Shown: positions 1-12,754 of the stretch, piece after piece | Layout of the letters: every line of letters starts with the position of its first letter | Position numbering within the stretch: position 1 is the first letter of the stretch | Origin: Octopus sinensis | Lineage: Eukaryota | Direction of reading: 5' to 3' | Length of the DNA stretch: 64,000 nucleotides | Assembly (NCBI RefSeq): GCF_006345805.1 | Contig: NC_043009.1 | Coordinates: 54,932,001 to 54,996,000, forward strand | Notes under the pieces: generated by a model | The model's input: only the letters and a program-made list of their open reading frames with translations | What the model was told of the DNA's origin: nothing | The model's database searches: none | Program-made: the position numbers and the translations under genes

Positions 1-437
1 TGGGTATTTATGGGTTGTTTGACCCACCATATGAGGACCTATTGATTGATCTGTCATCTCTTCTATCTTCAATCTTTTTACTTGTTTCAGTCTTGGTCTA
101 CAACCATACTAGAGTATCATATCTTGAAGAATCTAGTTGAACAAATCAAACCCAAATACTTATTTTTTAAAGTCTGAAACTTATTCTGTCTTTCTTGCTG
201 AACCACTGAGTTGCAAGGACATAAACTAACACCAGTAGTTAGGTGGTGGTAGGAGACAAACATAACACAAACACAGACACATACTTTCTTTTATATATAT
301 ATATATATATAAAATAGAAAAACGAATGAAATGAAAATTAAGGAAAGCTTCTAATAATGCAGAAAGAAGCTTTCCATATTTCTCATTTCATTTATTTTTC
401 TACTTCTGTACTACAATGCTTCAAGTGAACTACAACA

Positions 438-498
<61 letters not shown>

Positions 499-824
499 CA
501 GCAGCTTCCTTTCAGTTTCTGTCTATCAAACCCATTTGTAAGGCTTTGGTTGGCCCAAAGCTATTGTAAAAAGATACTTGCACAAAGTACCACACAGTGG
601 TACTGAACCAAAGACCATGGTTGGGAAGCAAGTTTCTCAACCACACAGCAATGCTTGTGCCTATAATTTCAGTCAGTACTTTCCCAAATTGTTTCCAGAT
701 GTTTGTTTTTCTATACATCACATATTGTGGGGGCTACAAACAATCACAGAATTATTATCTTCAAGAATGTGGTATAATGAATAAATGCACTGAAAATGTA
801 AAGAAATATTTCTAGAAATATAGT

Positions 825-1215
825 TGCAGGCATCATGGCTGTGTGGTTAAAAAGCTCACTTTGCAATCACATGGTTTTGGTTTCAGTCCCACTGTGTGGC
901 ACCTTGGGCAAGTGTCTTCTACTATAGCCGTCAGCCAAAACAATAACAATACATCAGGAATAAATTTGATAGATGGAAATTGCGTGAAAGCCCATCATGT
1001 GTGTGTGTGTGTGTGCGTGCGTGTGTATGCTTGTCTCCACCACCATAATCATTTAACAACTGGTGTTTGTTTTCATCACCATAACTTTGCAGTCTGGCAA
1101 AGAAGACTGATTGAATAAGTACCAGATTTAAAATTAGTACTAGAGCTGCTTTGTTCAACTAAAAACCTTTCAAGATGGTGCCCCAGCATGACCACAGTCC
1201 AATGATTGCAACAAG
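825..1215 (+). mobile_element. Family A SINE (tRNA-derived head, CORE-like domain, internal (TG)n, hairpin tail), diverged
   Basis: A-box-like TGGCTGTGTGG, B-box-like GGTTTCAGTCCC, CORE-like GGCACCTTGGGCAAGTGTCTT, tail GGTGCCCCAGCATGACCACAGTCCAATGATTG; matches many other copies in the window. Confidence 0.85.
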
Positions 1216-1827
1216 AAAAAAACAGAATCACCAATAAAATTTCTCACTTTAGTACATAACACATCAAAAGACAATAAAAAAAAAAAACTCCAGATTAATT
1301 CCAAGACGGAATAATGCAATTAGTAGAGAATTTCTAAACAGACCAAAGTCTTTGTTATATGAAGAAACAAATCATTAATAGACATTTCTTCATTAAATTA
1401 GTGGCAAATAATTGAGAAGACACAAAGAACAGAGATCTTTAAGAATCAATAACAGTTCATTAATTTTCTCTGATACAAGCTGGCAAGAAAAACTATGGAA
1501 ACAAATCCCAGGTGTGATGGAATGTTTATTGAAATAAATGCAAGGTATAATGGAAAGCTGATGAGAAAACAAAGCTCAGGCATATTACATAACATACGCT
1601 AGAGCAAATTAATGAAAACAGGTGTGGCTAAGGTGCAGGTGTGGTTTCGAGTTAAGAAGCTTGCTTCCCAACCACATGGTTCTGCATTCAATCTCGTTGT
1701 GTGGCACCTTGGCCAAGTGTCTTTGCTGACCAAAATATACTGAGTGGATCTGGTAGACAGAACCTGACAGAAGCTGGTATGTAGGTGTGTGTGCATGAGT
1801 TTGTGTCTCCTTGTCTTGATATTGCGT

Positions 1828-2135
1828 GCTTGAAAGAGCTGTTCTTCACTCCTGCTCCAGAGCGTCGGCTGCGGGGTCATTCCGAAAAGCTCTATCTGCA
1901 ACGATTTCATCTCAATCGAAGGAGAGGGGCTTTCTCCGTCCGGGTTGCAAATCCGTGGAATAAGCTGCCAGACGAGATGGTGAAGATGCCAACGACCGCT
2001 CGGTTCAAAGTCTCCCTTGACCTCAAGTGGCCTGAACTCTTTACATGAACACCACCCTGTACTTAACTCCATGTCCCCCTACATGGCCTTGCTTTTTGCT
2101 TTTTGAGCCAAAAAATTAACTAACTAACTAACTAA
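1828..2135 (+). mobile_element. CR1-clade LINE, 5'-truncated 3' end (ORF2 C-terminus, 3' UTR, (TAAC)n tail), inserted in an older SINE
   Basis: Open frame to stop at 2048: FF...RLRGHSEKLY...RRRGAFSVRVANPWNKLPDEMV...FKVSLDLKW, the typical CR1 ORF2 C-terminus; TAACTAACTAAC tail at 2117-2135; CpG-rich. Confidence 0.9.
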
Positions 2136-3138
2136 GTGTCAAGATTAAACAGCAGTGTCCTTTGATTCCAATCTCCTGCGAAAACGTCTGGTCATGAGGA
2201 AATATTACCTTACTTGGAAAGAGGTGGAGGTTGATGACAGGAAGGGCATTTTGGGCATAGAAAGTCTGCCTCAACAAATTCTATCCAACCAATGTAAGCA
2301 GGGCAAAATTGGACATTAAAATGATGAAGTGATAACCACAGATATGGGAGGATGTACGTGATAGCACACAGGTGCAGTAACCACCAGTATGAAGAGAGAA
2401 GATGGCTCCGCCTGTGTTGTAATCACAGATGTGAATGAAAAGTACATGGCAGCACAAGTGTAATTACCACATGTTGGACTGTAAGAAAGGGAGTTGCAGA
2501 TGTGGTAACCAGATAACCACAGGAGTGATAGCTACAAGTGTGATGCAAAATTCATGACATGCTGGATATTTAATGCAAAGTTTACCTCAAATGTAAAATT
2601 CTGAGTTCAAAGAGAAAATTTAAAACAAGCAAACTCAAAGATGGAGTAATATGTTTAATACAATGTCATCAAAGTAAAACAAGCCACAATTTATGGAATT
2701 GATTGTTTTATAAGCACCAGCACCAACCAACAAAATGATAAAGAACAAATCATCATCATCATCATCATCATCACTATTATTATTATTATCATTATTATTA
2801 TCATTAAGGTGTTCAGCTGGCAGAATCATTAGCATACCAGAAAAATGCTGAGCAGCATTTCACCCATCTTTATATTTTGAGTTCAAATCCGACCAAAGAC
2901 TTTGCCTTTCATCCTTTCAGAGTCAATAAAATAAGTACCAGTTGAGCATTGTAATCAGCTAGCCCCAAAATTTCAGGCCTTGTATCTAGAGCAAATAGGA
3001 TTATTATATCATTTTATCAACCCCCACCTTTTCATCCTTCTGGGATCGATGAAATAAGTACCAGTTATGCACTGAGGTTGATGTAATCAACTAGCCCCCT
3101 TCACCCCAAAATTTTCAAGGCCTTGTGCCTAAAGTAGA

Positions 3139-3223
3139 AATAATAATAATAATAATAATAATTATTATTATTATTATTATTATTATTGTTATTATTATTA
3201 TTATTGTTATTATTATTATTATT
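3139..3223. repeat. (AAT)n(ATT)n quasi-palindromic microsatellite
   Basis: Direct reading of the sequence. Confidence 0.95.
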
Positions 3224-4682
3224 AAGGCAGCAGACTTCAAAATGCTTAGCAGTATTTCATCTGTCTTCACGTTCTGAATTCCCATTCTGCAAAGGTCGAC
3301 TTCGCTTTTTATCCTTTCAGGGTCAATAAAATAAGTGCTAGTTGAGTACTGGGGTCCATGTAACTGACTAGCCCCACCTCCCTCAAACTTGCTGGCCTTG
3401 TGCCAAAATTTGAAAACATGATTACTATTATTAAAAAGGTTGTGAATTACTAAATCTGTCAGAACATCAAACAAAATACCTTGCAGTATTTGTTCCGTTT
3501 CTTTACTTTCTGAGTTCAAATCCCATCAAAGTCAACCCTGCCTTTCATCCTTTCAGGTTCAATAAAATAAGTATCAGAGTCAACATCCTCAATTGCCATC
3601 CTCTTCTCAAAACTGATGGCCCTGTTTCTAAATTAGAAACTACTATTTTAAAATGAAAAACAGTGAGCTGGAAGAACCATTAGCATGTCGGGCAAAATAC
3701 TTAGTGGTATTTTTTCCAGCTTTATATTCTGAGTTCAAATCCCACCAAAGCTGACTTTAGCTTTCATCATTGTGGGGTTGATAAAAGTGCCAGTTGAGCA
3801 TTGGGATAAATATAATCGACTGGTTTCCTTCCCTCTATCCAACCCATGTAAGCAGGGCAAAAATGGACATTAAAATGATGATGTGATAACCACAGATATG
3901 GGAGGATGTACATGATGGCACACATGTGCAGTAACCTATAGCAGAAAGAATTTATTATTATTATTATTATCAAATCTTCAATCTCAGCAACATATGTACA
4001 TCATCACATTACAACACAAAATTTTCTCAGGGATAAACCAATTAATGCTTCTGATAGCTGAACATTTTCTCAAGTCTCATACGTTAAATATGTCTCTTGA
4101 GTTTGCATTGGCGCCGTAAGCTCACAGATTAATATAGCACATATATCAGGGTTCCTATATTCATAATATACAGCAACCATGCTTTGTTCTTGAACAGAAT
4201 ACATGATTATGTAGGAAATCTGAAACTAGTCAATTTCTGAAGCGGTAACCACTCAGGCATGAGGAAGAGGATTGAAATATATGTCATCCTCCTCTTAACA
4301 TTTCCTATAATCAAGATTATTAATGACTATGGAAGAAAGATAATGGGAATGGAGATAATGCCTGATATTGTTAGAGCGATCATTTGTTGATGTTATTACA
4401 CAGTAACAGATTCCCATAGTTAATAAGATATTGGCTCGCTCTGTTGAAAGATTAAGTGTTCAAATCCTATTATTGTCATTGTTCCTGGAAGACATGCTAA
4501 ACACCTGCAATCTCAAACATGGTTGATCACCTTACAGTACTGAGTCCAAATTTTTCAAATGCCAGTTAACCTAGTCATGTATCAGATGAGTTAAAAGAAT
4601 AACTCAATGATGGAACTCCTATGTAGTTGTTCAACCTAACAGAAATAGCAGCCAAATCTCTCTCAAATCACACATTACTGCT

Positions 4683-4877
4683 TTAACCTTTTTTTGACAA
4701 CAACCTGTCTATAACCATCCTTGGTTCTTTGATGCAACCACCCTGTTTTAAAGTAATCGAAATAAAAATCTTCCATCAAAGTTTGATGTTAATTTATGTC
4801 CCAAACACCAGCTTAACAATTGTTTCAAAAATTTCTTCCTTATTTTACAAATTAATTGAAATACAGAAAAGGGTTAA
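4683..4877. mobile_element. TTAA-flanked piggyBac-type MITE, diverged
   Basis: Ends TTAACCTTT...AAAGGGTTAA; interior related to the copies at 7340 and 41457. Confidence 0.6.
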
Positions 4878-7339
4878 AAACCACACTGGACAATGTAATT
4901 CATGATATAAAATAAAATCAAGATAATTGTAGTTGTGGCCGATGCCGGTGTCACGTAACTGGCACCTGCACCAGTGACACATAAAAGCACTCATTACACT
5001 CTTGGAGTGGTTGGCATTAGGAAGGACATCAAACTGTAGAAACCATGCCAAAGCATATTGGAACCTGGTGCAGCTCTCCAGCTTGCCAGTTTCAGTCAAA
5101 CCATCTAACCCATGCCAGCATGGAAAACAGACGCTAAATGATGAATCAGAAATAGAATGGCTTTGGTAATAAGTCTGCTTACTCTCCCCTCTAAACATAG
5201 CTCCTCTACAACAAGAACCTGCTCTGTCCCACTACCTTTTCTCATAACATAACCGTCATTACCTTGCATTCCTCCACCTCGAGGTTTTGTAGTCTTGCGA
5301 GCTGCATGGTGACCTAATTAGTGTCACTTGCACAAAAAAAAAAGCACCCAGTACATGCTGCAAAGTGGTTGGCATTAGGAAGGGCATATGGCCATAAAAA
5401 CCATGCCAAAGCAGACATTGGAGCATGATGCTGTCCTAGGACTTGCTGGGACCTGTCAAACCATCCAACTTATGCTAGCATGGAACATGGATGTTAAAGA
5501 TAATGATGATGGTGGTGGTGGTGGTGGCAAATCAAGTAGCCCTAGATCACAACAAATTCTAATACTACCAGCTCAACAACCCTAATACTACCAGCCAAAG
5601 CCTTAAGAACCACTCCTTTAATACTTGGAGATATACAATACAAGTGTCAACTCAAGACAGATATCTGATTGATTTAGATGTTAAGTTAATGCAATACGAG
5701 TAAAAAATTTATGTTTTTGAAATTTTGCGTGTTTGAAATTTGAAATGTCAGTGAGTAACATATGTAGAACACATTACATAGGTTGTAGTAACATCTTGTT
5801 GACTAAATAACTAAACGAATAAATAAATATTGGCTAAGTGTAAATCAATAATAAATTAAATCAATAGGTTGTATGAAATATAGCAAACATTAGATATTTT
5901 ATATATATTAACTGATACACGTAAGATTTCTGCTTTCTGACCACATGGTTTTGGATTCAGGTAGGTGTCTTCTACTATAGCCTTGGGTATACCAAAGCAT
6001 TGTGAATGGATTTGGTTGATGGAAACTGAAAGAAGACTGTCATGCATATATGTCATTATCCTTGATTTAAAATCCAATTTGTGCTGTGCTGTGCCACGTA
6101 AAAAGCATTCATGTGTTGGTGCCACATTAAAAGCACCCAGCATACACTGTAAAGTGATTGGCATTAGGAAGGGCAACCAGCTGTAGAAACCATGCCAAAT
6201 CAGACTGGAACTTGGTGCAGCTCTCCAACTTGCCAGCTCTGGTCAAACTGTCCAACCCATACCAGTATGGAAAATGGACATTAAAGGATGATGATTTCTC
6301 AGGCTTGCACAAGTTGGATAGAATTTGCTGAAGCAGATTTTCTATGGCTGGATGCCTTTCCTGCCATCAACCCATGCCTATTTCAAAGTAAAGTAATATT
6401 TTCCTATGGCCAGTCACGTTTACATGGAAGATTGGAGACAGATGACTCCATTTGCATGACAGTGACACTAGTCTATAACTATCACATGTTGTCAAGGCAA
6501 GGAAACCATAACACACACACACACATACACACAATTATGTGTGTGCATACAATGGATTTCTTTCCGTCACCATCTACCAAATCCACTCACAAGGCTTTGA
6601 TCAGCTCAGGGCTAGAGTAGAAGACAACTTCCCCAGGTTCCACACAATGGCATATGATTGGGAAGCAATTTGCATTGCACACAACCATGCCTACACACAT
6701 ACACACATGTATATGCACAAAATTGATGCTGCCCACAGTGATGGACTATACAACATTGTGTTTATCTATCTAAGAGCTAGGGGAGTTCACATGAGCATCT
6801 TGGTTGCACACACAGAAACAACAGTACCAATGAAGGAAGCTATAGTTAACACAATACTTGGTTAGTATTTTCTCAACTATGGAGGTGATCAGATACAAAA
6901 TCAGCCATAATACTGATTTCAAATTCTGGCACAAGGCCAACAAGTTCAGGCGAAGGGGTAAGTTGATTACATTAACCCCCAGTCAATGTAATCAACTTAT
7001 TTCATCGACCCCGAAAAGACGAAAGGGAATGATGACCTCGGCAGAATTTGAACTCAGAACATAAAGATTGATGAAATACCACTAAATACTTTGCTTGGTA
7101 TACTAACAATTCTGCCAGTTCACTGTCTCAAAAAGTCAACCATAACATTACAAACTGTGACTATAAAGAGACAGAACTCAACCATCCACAGTCTACTAGG
7201 CCAAAAGATAGGTATATCTATCTCAGAATATGATACTACTCACTCATAACTTTTCATGTAAAGAAAGAACTTCAAGTCAGCTTTCATCAGTTCTAGAGTG
7301 TTGGTGTTGCTTACAGTGATGAATTATACCACATAGTTG

Positions 7340-7568
7340 TTAACCCTTTTGTTACTGTATTTATTTTGAGATGCTCTGTGTTTCTTTCAATTATTTAAAA
7401 TATAACAAATAATTTAGTAAAATAACTTAGTTATCATTAAGCTAGTGTTAGGAACATAAATTGGGACTAAGGTTTGTTGGAAGATTTTAATTAAAACCTT
7501 ATGAAAACAAGGCATTTGTACAACAGTGCTAGAGCTGGTTTCGGCCGGGTTGGTAACGAAAGGGTTAA
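7340..7568. mobile_element. piggyBac-type MITE (TTAA TSD, CCCTT-starting TIR)
   Basis: Left TTAACCCTTTTGTTAC and right GTAACGAAAGGGTTAA form a 16-bp inverted match (TTAA included) with 1 mismatch; inverted sister copy at 41457-41684. Confidence 0.85.
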
Positions 7569-8232
7569 TTATACTGAGCAAAGTGAGCTCACCTAAGCAT
7601 CATAAACATACACAAAACACAGCATCAATGAGAGAAACTATAGTAAATAATATCAACACCAATACTTGCTAGCTTCTCATTTTCTCAACCTTGAAAAGGA
7701 TGAAATGCAAAGCCAACCATAATAGCATCAACTCGGGAGAGAGGGAGAGAGAAAGTTCAATGTTACAAGACATTATCCGTTGCACTCCACTGTTTCTGCT
7801 TTCCACCACTTACATAATTCTTTGAATATTATTTAGCAAAAATAAATCCTGACTTAATTTATGAGAACGGGTTTTTCGTATATCTCAGTATATTCTAAAT
7901 TAAAGAGGAAATATGTTGCCATTAAAGCAAATGCTTGAAGCCTATAAACATAGTGATATCATTAATGTAGAATAAAGAACATTCTCTCTTCATCTTATAT
8001 TGACATATTATATACAAACTGTCAAAAAAAAAAAAAAACTTCGGTAAATCCTATGCAGCAACAATTCAGACCAGTGCTTTCCATTTTTCTCCTTTTAATG
8101 GAATGAAAGAATAAAGATTTGGTTAATGTGTTGTTGCGTTTATATGAAGTATAATGGCTACACATATATGAATACATAGGCACATAAAGATACACATGCA
8201 CATAGGTACACACATGCACACCCCACCACAAA

Positions 8233-8276
<44 letters not shown>

Positions 8277-8575
8277 TGTGTATGTGGCAAGTGTATGTGT
8301 GCTGGTGGAGTGGAAAGGGTTAGTTTAGAAGGAGATTTATTAAGTGTGTGCCAAGTGAGATTGGATATAAATAAGGAAGCTTTCTCTCTGGAGATACTGT
8401 TCACATAAGCATCATGGTTAAAATGTGGTGGAAAGGGGACTCTGCAAAATTGGTAGGGATTCTTTCTTGGTAAGGGACCAAAATAACCGTTTGCAATGTA
8501 ACGACAACCACTCTGAGAGTGTAGTGGGTGCTTTTACGTGCCACCGGCACGAGGGCCAGTCAAGTGGTACTGGCA

Positions 8576-8791
8576 GAATCATTAGCACATCGGGCGAAAT
8601 GCTTATCGGTATTTCGTCTGCCGCTACATTCTGAGTTCAAATTCCGCTGAGGTCGACTTTGCCTTTCATCCTTTCGGGGTCGATAAATTGAGTACCAGTT
8701 ATGCACTGGGGTCGATGTAATCGACTTAATACCTATGTCTGTCCTTGTTTGTCCCCTCTATGTTTAGCCCCTTGTGGGTAATAAAGAAATA
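8576..8791 (+). mobile_element. Family B tRNA-derived SINE nested in a family C element
   Basis: B-box GAGTTCAAATTCC; central CTTTGCCTTTCATCCTTTCGGGGTCGATAAA motif; 10-bp TSD GGTACTGGCA at 8566-8575 and 8792-8801. Confidence 0.9.
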
Positions 8792-8967
8792 GGTACTGGC
8801 AACAGCCACGCTCAAATGGTGCTTTTCATGTGCCACCTGCACAGGAGCCAGTCCAGCAGCACTGGTAACGACCTCGCTCAAATGTTTTTTCATGTGCCAC
8901 CAGTACAAGTGCCAGTAAGGCGACGCAGGTAACGATCATGCTCAAATGGTGCTTAAGCATTACATTT

Positions 8968-9305
8968 ACTCGCCTCCTTATGAGAGCTCAAAATCTCTCG
9001 TGGAAGCGACATCCAACCAAAATGCAAATATATGGGAAACTACCACCTGTGTCATCTCTTGTGAAAGGTAGGAGAGTCCAGTTTGCTGGACATTGTTGTA
9101 GAGCTGAAAAAGAGGTAATTTCTACTCTCCTCCTCTGGAAGCCATCTACTCGCAATGCCAGAGGGCACACACTCTCCTACCCTGATGTAATCTCCAGGGA
9201 TACAGGCATCCAGCAACAGGACCTCCGTAATGCCATGATGGACCGTGAAGTCTGGCGTAGCATGGTAAATTCCATTGTCTCGACCACGGTCAAACAATGA
9301 TGATG
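8968..9305 (+). mobile_element. RTE-X/RTE-clade LINE 3' fragment with (TGA)n tail
   Basis: Open peptide TRLLMRAQNLSWKRHPT...IYGKLP...RRVQFAGHC...LLLW...AMMDREVW to stop at 9300; 9-bp TSD ATTACATTT at 8959-8967 and 9306-9314. Confidence 0.9.
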
Positions 9306-9830
9306 ATTACATTTGATAGATTAATCTGAATACTAAAGGGTTAAATATTTTTCCAGTTTATTAAATTATCTAAAATCAGTTTTGGTTGTTTTAATTTTTT
9401 TTTTTAAATAGGCAACCAGAAAGCACAGATAACTTGTAGAAGTACGAAGTATATAAGTAAATGCTTGATAAAAAAAAAATTATTTCAATGGAAACTTCAA
9501 TTATATGAGACACTACTGCACACAAAGATTATTACTCTCTCCCTCACACACACACACATTTATATATGCTGATGTGAGGGTACTTGGAAAGTGAAGGATG
9601 TTGAGCAGGAGAAATTCACATATACGTTTCTTGTTAAAAAAAAAATATACACAAGTAAAATCAAAGAAATCACAAATAAGTTGTAGGCAATTTAAGAAGC
9701 CTTTCGTATACGTTTTAATTCTAACAGTGCCAGAATTTCAACAGATGACATGTAAATGTAGGAAACAGAGTTGAAATAGTTTCTGCTGGGGGAAGGGGGT
9801 GGGGCAGCAAAAATAAAAAAAAGAAATATC

Positions 9831-10200
9831 CAGGAATGGCTGTGTGGTTAAGAAGTTTGCTTTGCAGTCATATGATTTTGGGTTCAGTCCCACTGTGTGG
9901 CACCTTTGGTTAGGTTTCTTCTATAGCTCTGAGCTGACCAATGCCTTAGATGGAAACTGGCATAAACTCATCATATATGTGCATGTCTGTGTGTGACTGT
10001 GTCCTTGTGTTTGTCCCCCCCCCACCACCACCACCACCACTTGATAACTAGTGATGGTTTGTTTACATCCAAATTTGTTTACCTCTCCATAACCTAGCTG
10101 TTCAGCAAGAGATTGATAAAAAAAAAAAAGGACTGAGGTTCATTTGACTAAACCCTTCAAGGTGGTGCCCCAGCGCCACTACAGTCAAATGATTGAAACA
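9831..10200 (+). mobile_element. Family A CORE-like SINE, diverged
   Basis: Head TGGCTGTGTGG/GGTTCAGTCCC and tail GGTGGTGCCCCAGC...CAGTCAAATGATTGAAAC. Confidence 0.8.
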
Positions 10201-10503
10201 GAAAGTGAGATCACAAGTATTTTTGATGTATAGTAAGTCAAGAAGTTTTAAGTAATTGAAATTATACCTTTAGTAAAGAGAACATCATCATATTGTTTTA
10301 CGTCTACTCTCCAAGAATCACCAAGGTCAGAGTCAGCATGTATTTAGGGGCACCACTCATCCAGAAAGGTCAGAAGACCACATATTGCACATGTTTCATG
10401 TTCAGTTTAGTTTCTAGGGAGAGATATTTCTTCTAGCACCAATCATGTAACAGAGTGTATTGGGTCCTTTTTTTTTTTTCATGCCATCCGCAATAGAGGG
10501 GTG

Positions 10504-10818
10504 ACTTACTTACTTGTACTTCTGACGGCGTTCACCCAGGGCGGGTTGAGCCGGCTTCTTCTCGGGTCCTGATGGCATCACGAACCATGGCAGCCCACGC
10601 TCAATGGTCCTGTGCGAGGTCACTGGAGATAGCGAGCCATTTGTGGTTCCATCTGCGCAGACCGACCACCTGTGGGCCTGAGAGTTTGGCGAGGTCCTCC
10701 TTTATCGTTGTTGCCCAGGTCTTCAGCTGCCCGCCCGTGCATTTGCACCAGTTGGGAAGTGGAGGTGGGAGGAGGACATTACGAATCAGCTCACCCTCTG
10801 GACGCCGGGATGACATGT
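10504..10818 (-). mobile_element. RTE-clade LINE 3' fragment, GC-rich, with (GTAA)n tail
   Basis: Minus frame SSRRPEGELIRNVLLP...GGQLKTWATTIKEDL...LAQDH*AWAAMVRDA...GSTRPG*, one internal stop; post-RT RTE C-terminus. Confidence 0.85.
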
Positions 10819-11100
10819 TCTCAACAGGACTAAAGAAGCTCTATGATCCCGCATCACAACTAACCCGCCAACCTCTTTACAGAGTGAAAGCCGTGAGTAA
10901 AAAGGTGTATATGGAAATTGGTGGCAGGAATGATGGTGATAAGAAGGATCATAGAATATAGAAATATACAGGCAGGAAGCAATGTTTGTTTTATGCTTGC
11001 TGCAGTTTTCATAACTTATAAAAGACAGCTTTCAGTTCTACTTTGTGGTTCAATAGTAGTAGTAGTGGTGGTGGTGGTTTCTTTGATAGTGGTGGTGGTG

Positions 11101-11133
<33 letters not shown>

Positions 11134-11964
11134 TGATAGCAGTAGTAAAAGGTATCCAAATGTGAAAAAGCAAAAAAAAAAAAACAACCATGAAAAACCA
11201 CTATGTCAGCTTGAATAGATAAATAAATAAATGAATAAATAGAAAAAAAAAGAAAACTAACAACAAATAGATACCATAAAGCATATTGTCTGGCATCCAA
11301 CTGTTCTCCAAGTCCGATGTTAGTCTATCAGAACATTTTCAATATCGGTTCCTGACAATACTAAGGTTTTGTATCTAAACATAGCACTAACTAAGAAGAG
11401 AAAAGAGAGAGAAAAAAAAAAAAAGGCACTTTGGAAAAATACAGTTGTTTTGAGTTTTGACATTGATTATGCAACAACCACCACTAACATCGCAACCACA
11501 AGTCAATGAAGTAGTCTAGCATCATCATTTGACAAGCTAGAAATAACAGTCATATGTCTCTGAAATCACATCCCGTTGTCTTAAAAAAAAAAAAAAACAA
11601 AGTAGACATAGGTAAAGGCATGGCTGTATGGTAAGAAGCTTGCTTCCCAACTTGTACATGGTTCAGAGTCCAGTCCCACTGTGTGGCACCTTGGGTCAAC
11701 CAAAGCCTTGTGACTGTATTTGGAAGATGGAAACTGAAAGAAGCCTGTCATATATACACACACACACACTGTATATACCAGTCCACAGGACAGAATTTGA
11801 ACTTCAAAAAAATTACCCCACAACTAAGGATTATCTTATATGCCCTGTATAAAATCTGAACCATAATTTCCTGTGGTATAGTGTAGTACCAATGTCAATG
11901 GAGAATAATGTAAAGCACTTGTGTAGATCCTATTGTTCTACAGCACGGTATTTCCTACTGATAC

Positions 11965-12250
11965 TTATATGGCTGGCTGGATGAACAAGGAATAAAATTA
12001 TGGATTGACAGTGTATGGTGTAGGCGACCTGGTGGATTTAGAAAACAGTGAAGCTTCTTGGTATGGGATATGTTTAAATGTCACTTAACAGAGGGAACAA
12101 AAAAACACATGAGCTGGAACAACAGTGACTTGGCACTTATTCCTATTGGTTTAACTTCAGTTGTACGACCACTCACTCGATGTTTGTTTGTACAAACCAT
12201 TCAAGGACGATGTTCATGAACAATGGAATGAGTGGATGATTAGGTGGCTG
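11965..12250 (+). pseudogene. Fossil pogo-superfamily (DDE_1) transposase fragment, DD35D spacing
   Basis: GWLDEQGIKLWIDSVWCRRPGG / LVWDMFKCHLT...DLALIPIGLTSVVRPL / DVCLYKPFKDDVHEQWNEWM recovered across two frameshifts (one is an ACTC duplication near 12170-12177); 35 residues between the VWD and PLD aspartates. Confidence 0.85.
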
Positions 12251-12754
12251 AAAATCCTCGTATGTATGTATATATATATATGTATATACATGTGTATGTA
12301 TGTTTCTTTGTGTTTGTCCATCTACCACCTTCTGACAACTGGTGTCGGTCTGTTTACATCCCTATAATTTAAAAGTTCAGCAAAAAGACCAATAGAATAA
12401 GTACAAGGCATTAAAAAATCAAGTATTGGTGTCAACACATTCTACTAAAAATTCTTCAAGGTGGTGCCCCAGCATGGCCACAGTCTAATGACTGACAAGA
12501 TTACATAATGTAGTCCTCGGCATACTATGGCTAAAAAGAAAAGAATAAGATAGGACAACCCCAAGTAAGACACCTTTCACTATAGATCTGCTTGATCCAA
12601 GTTGAACTGGTGCTGAACAATAGCAATACCTAGACTACCACATTCGTCCCACCACCATCATTAATAAAACTGCTAACAATTATCCCCAAGACATTCAGGG
12701 GAAACCACAAGATGCCTTCTACTGACATCGTGCTATCAGCAGAAACTTATACCC

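Noticed and set aside
4020-4300. PDI...ELTAP motif on the minus strand resembling a Hero/NeSL-type endonuclease
   Set aside because: Motif spacing is too short and flanking similarity is weak; not supportable without a profile search.
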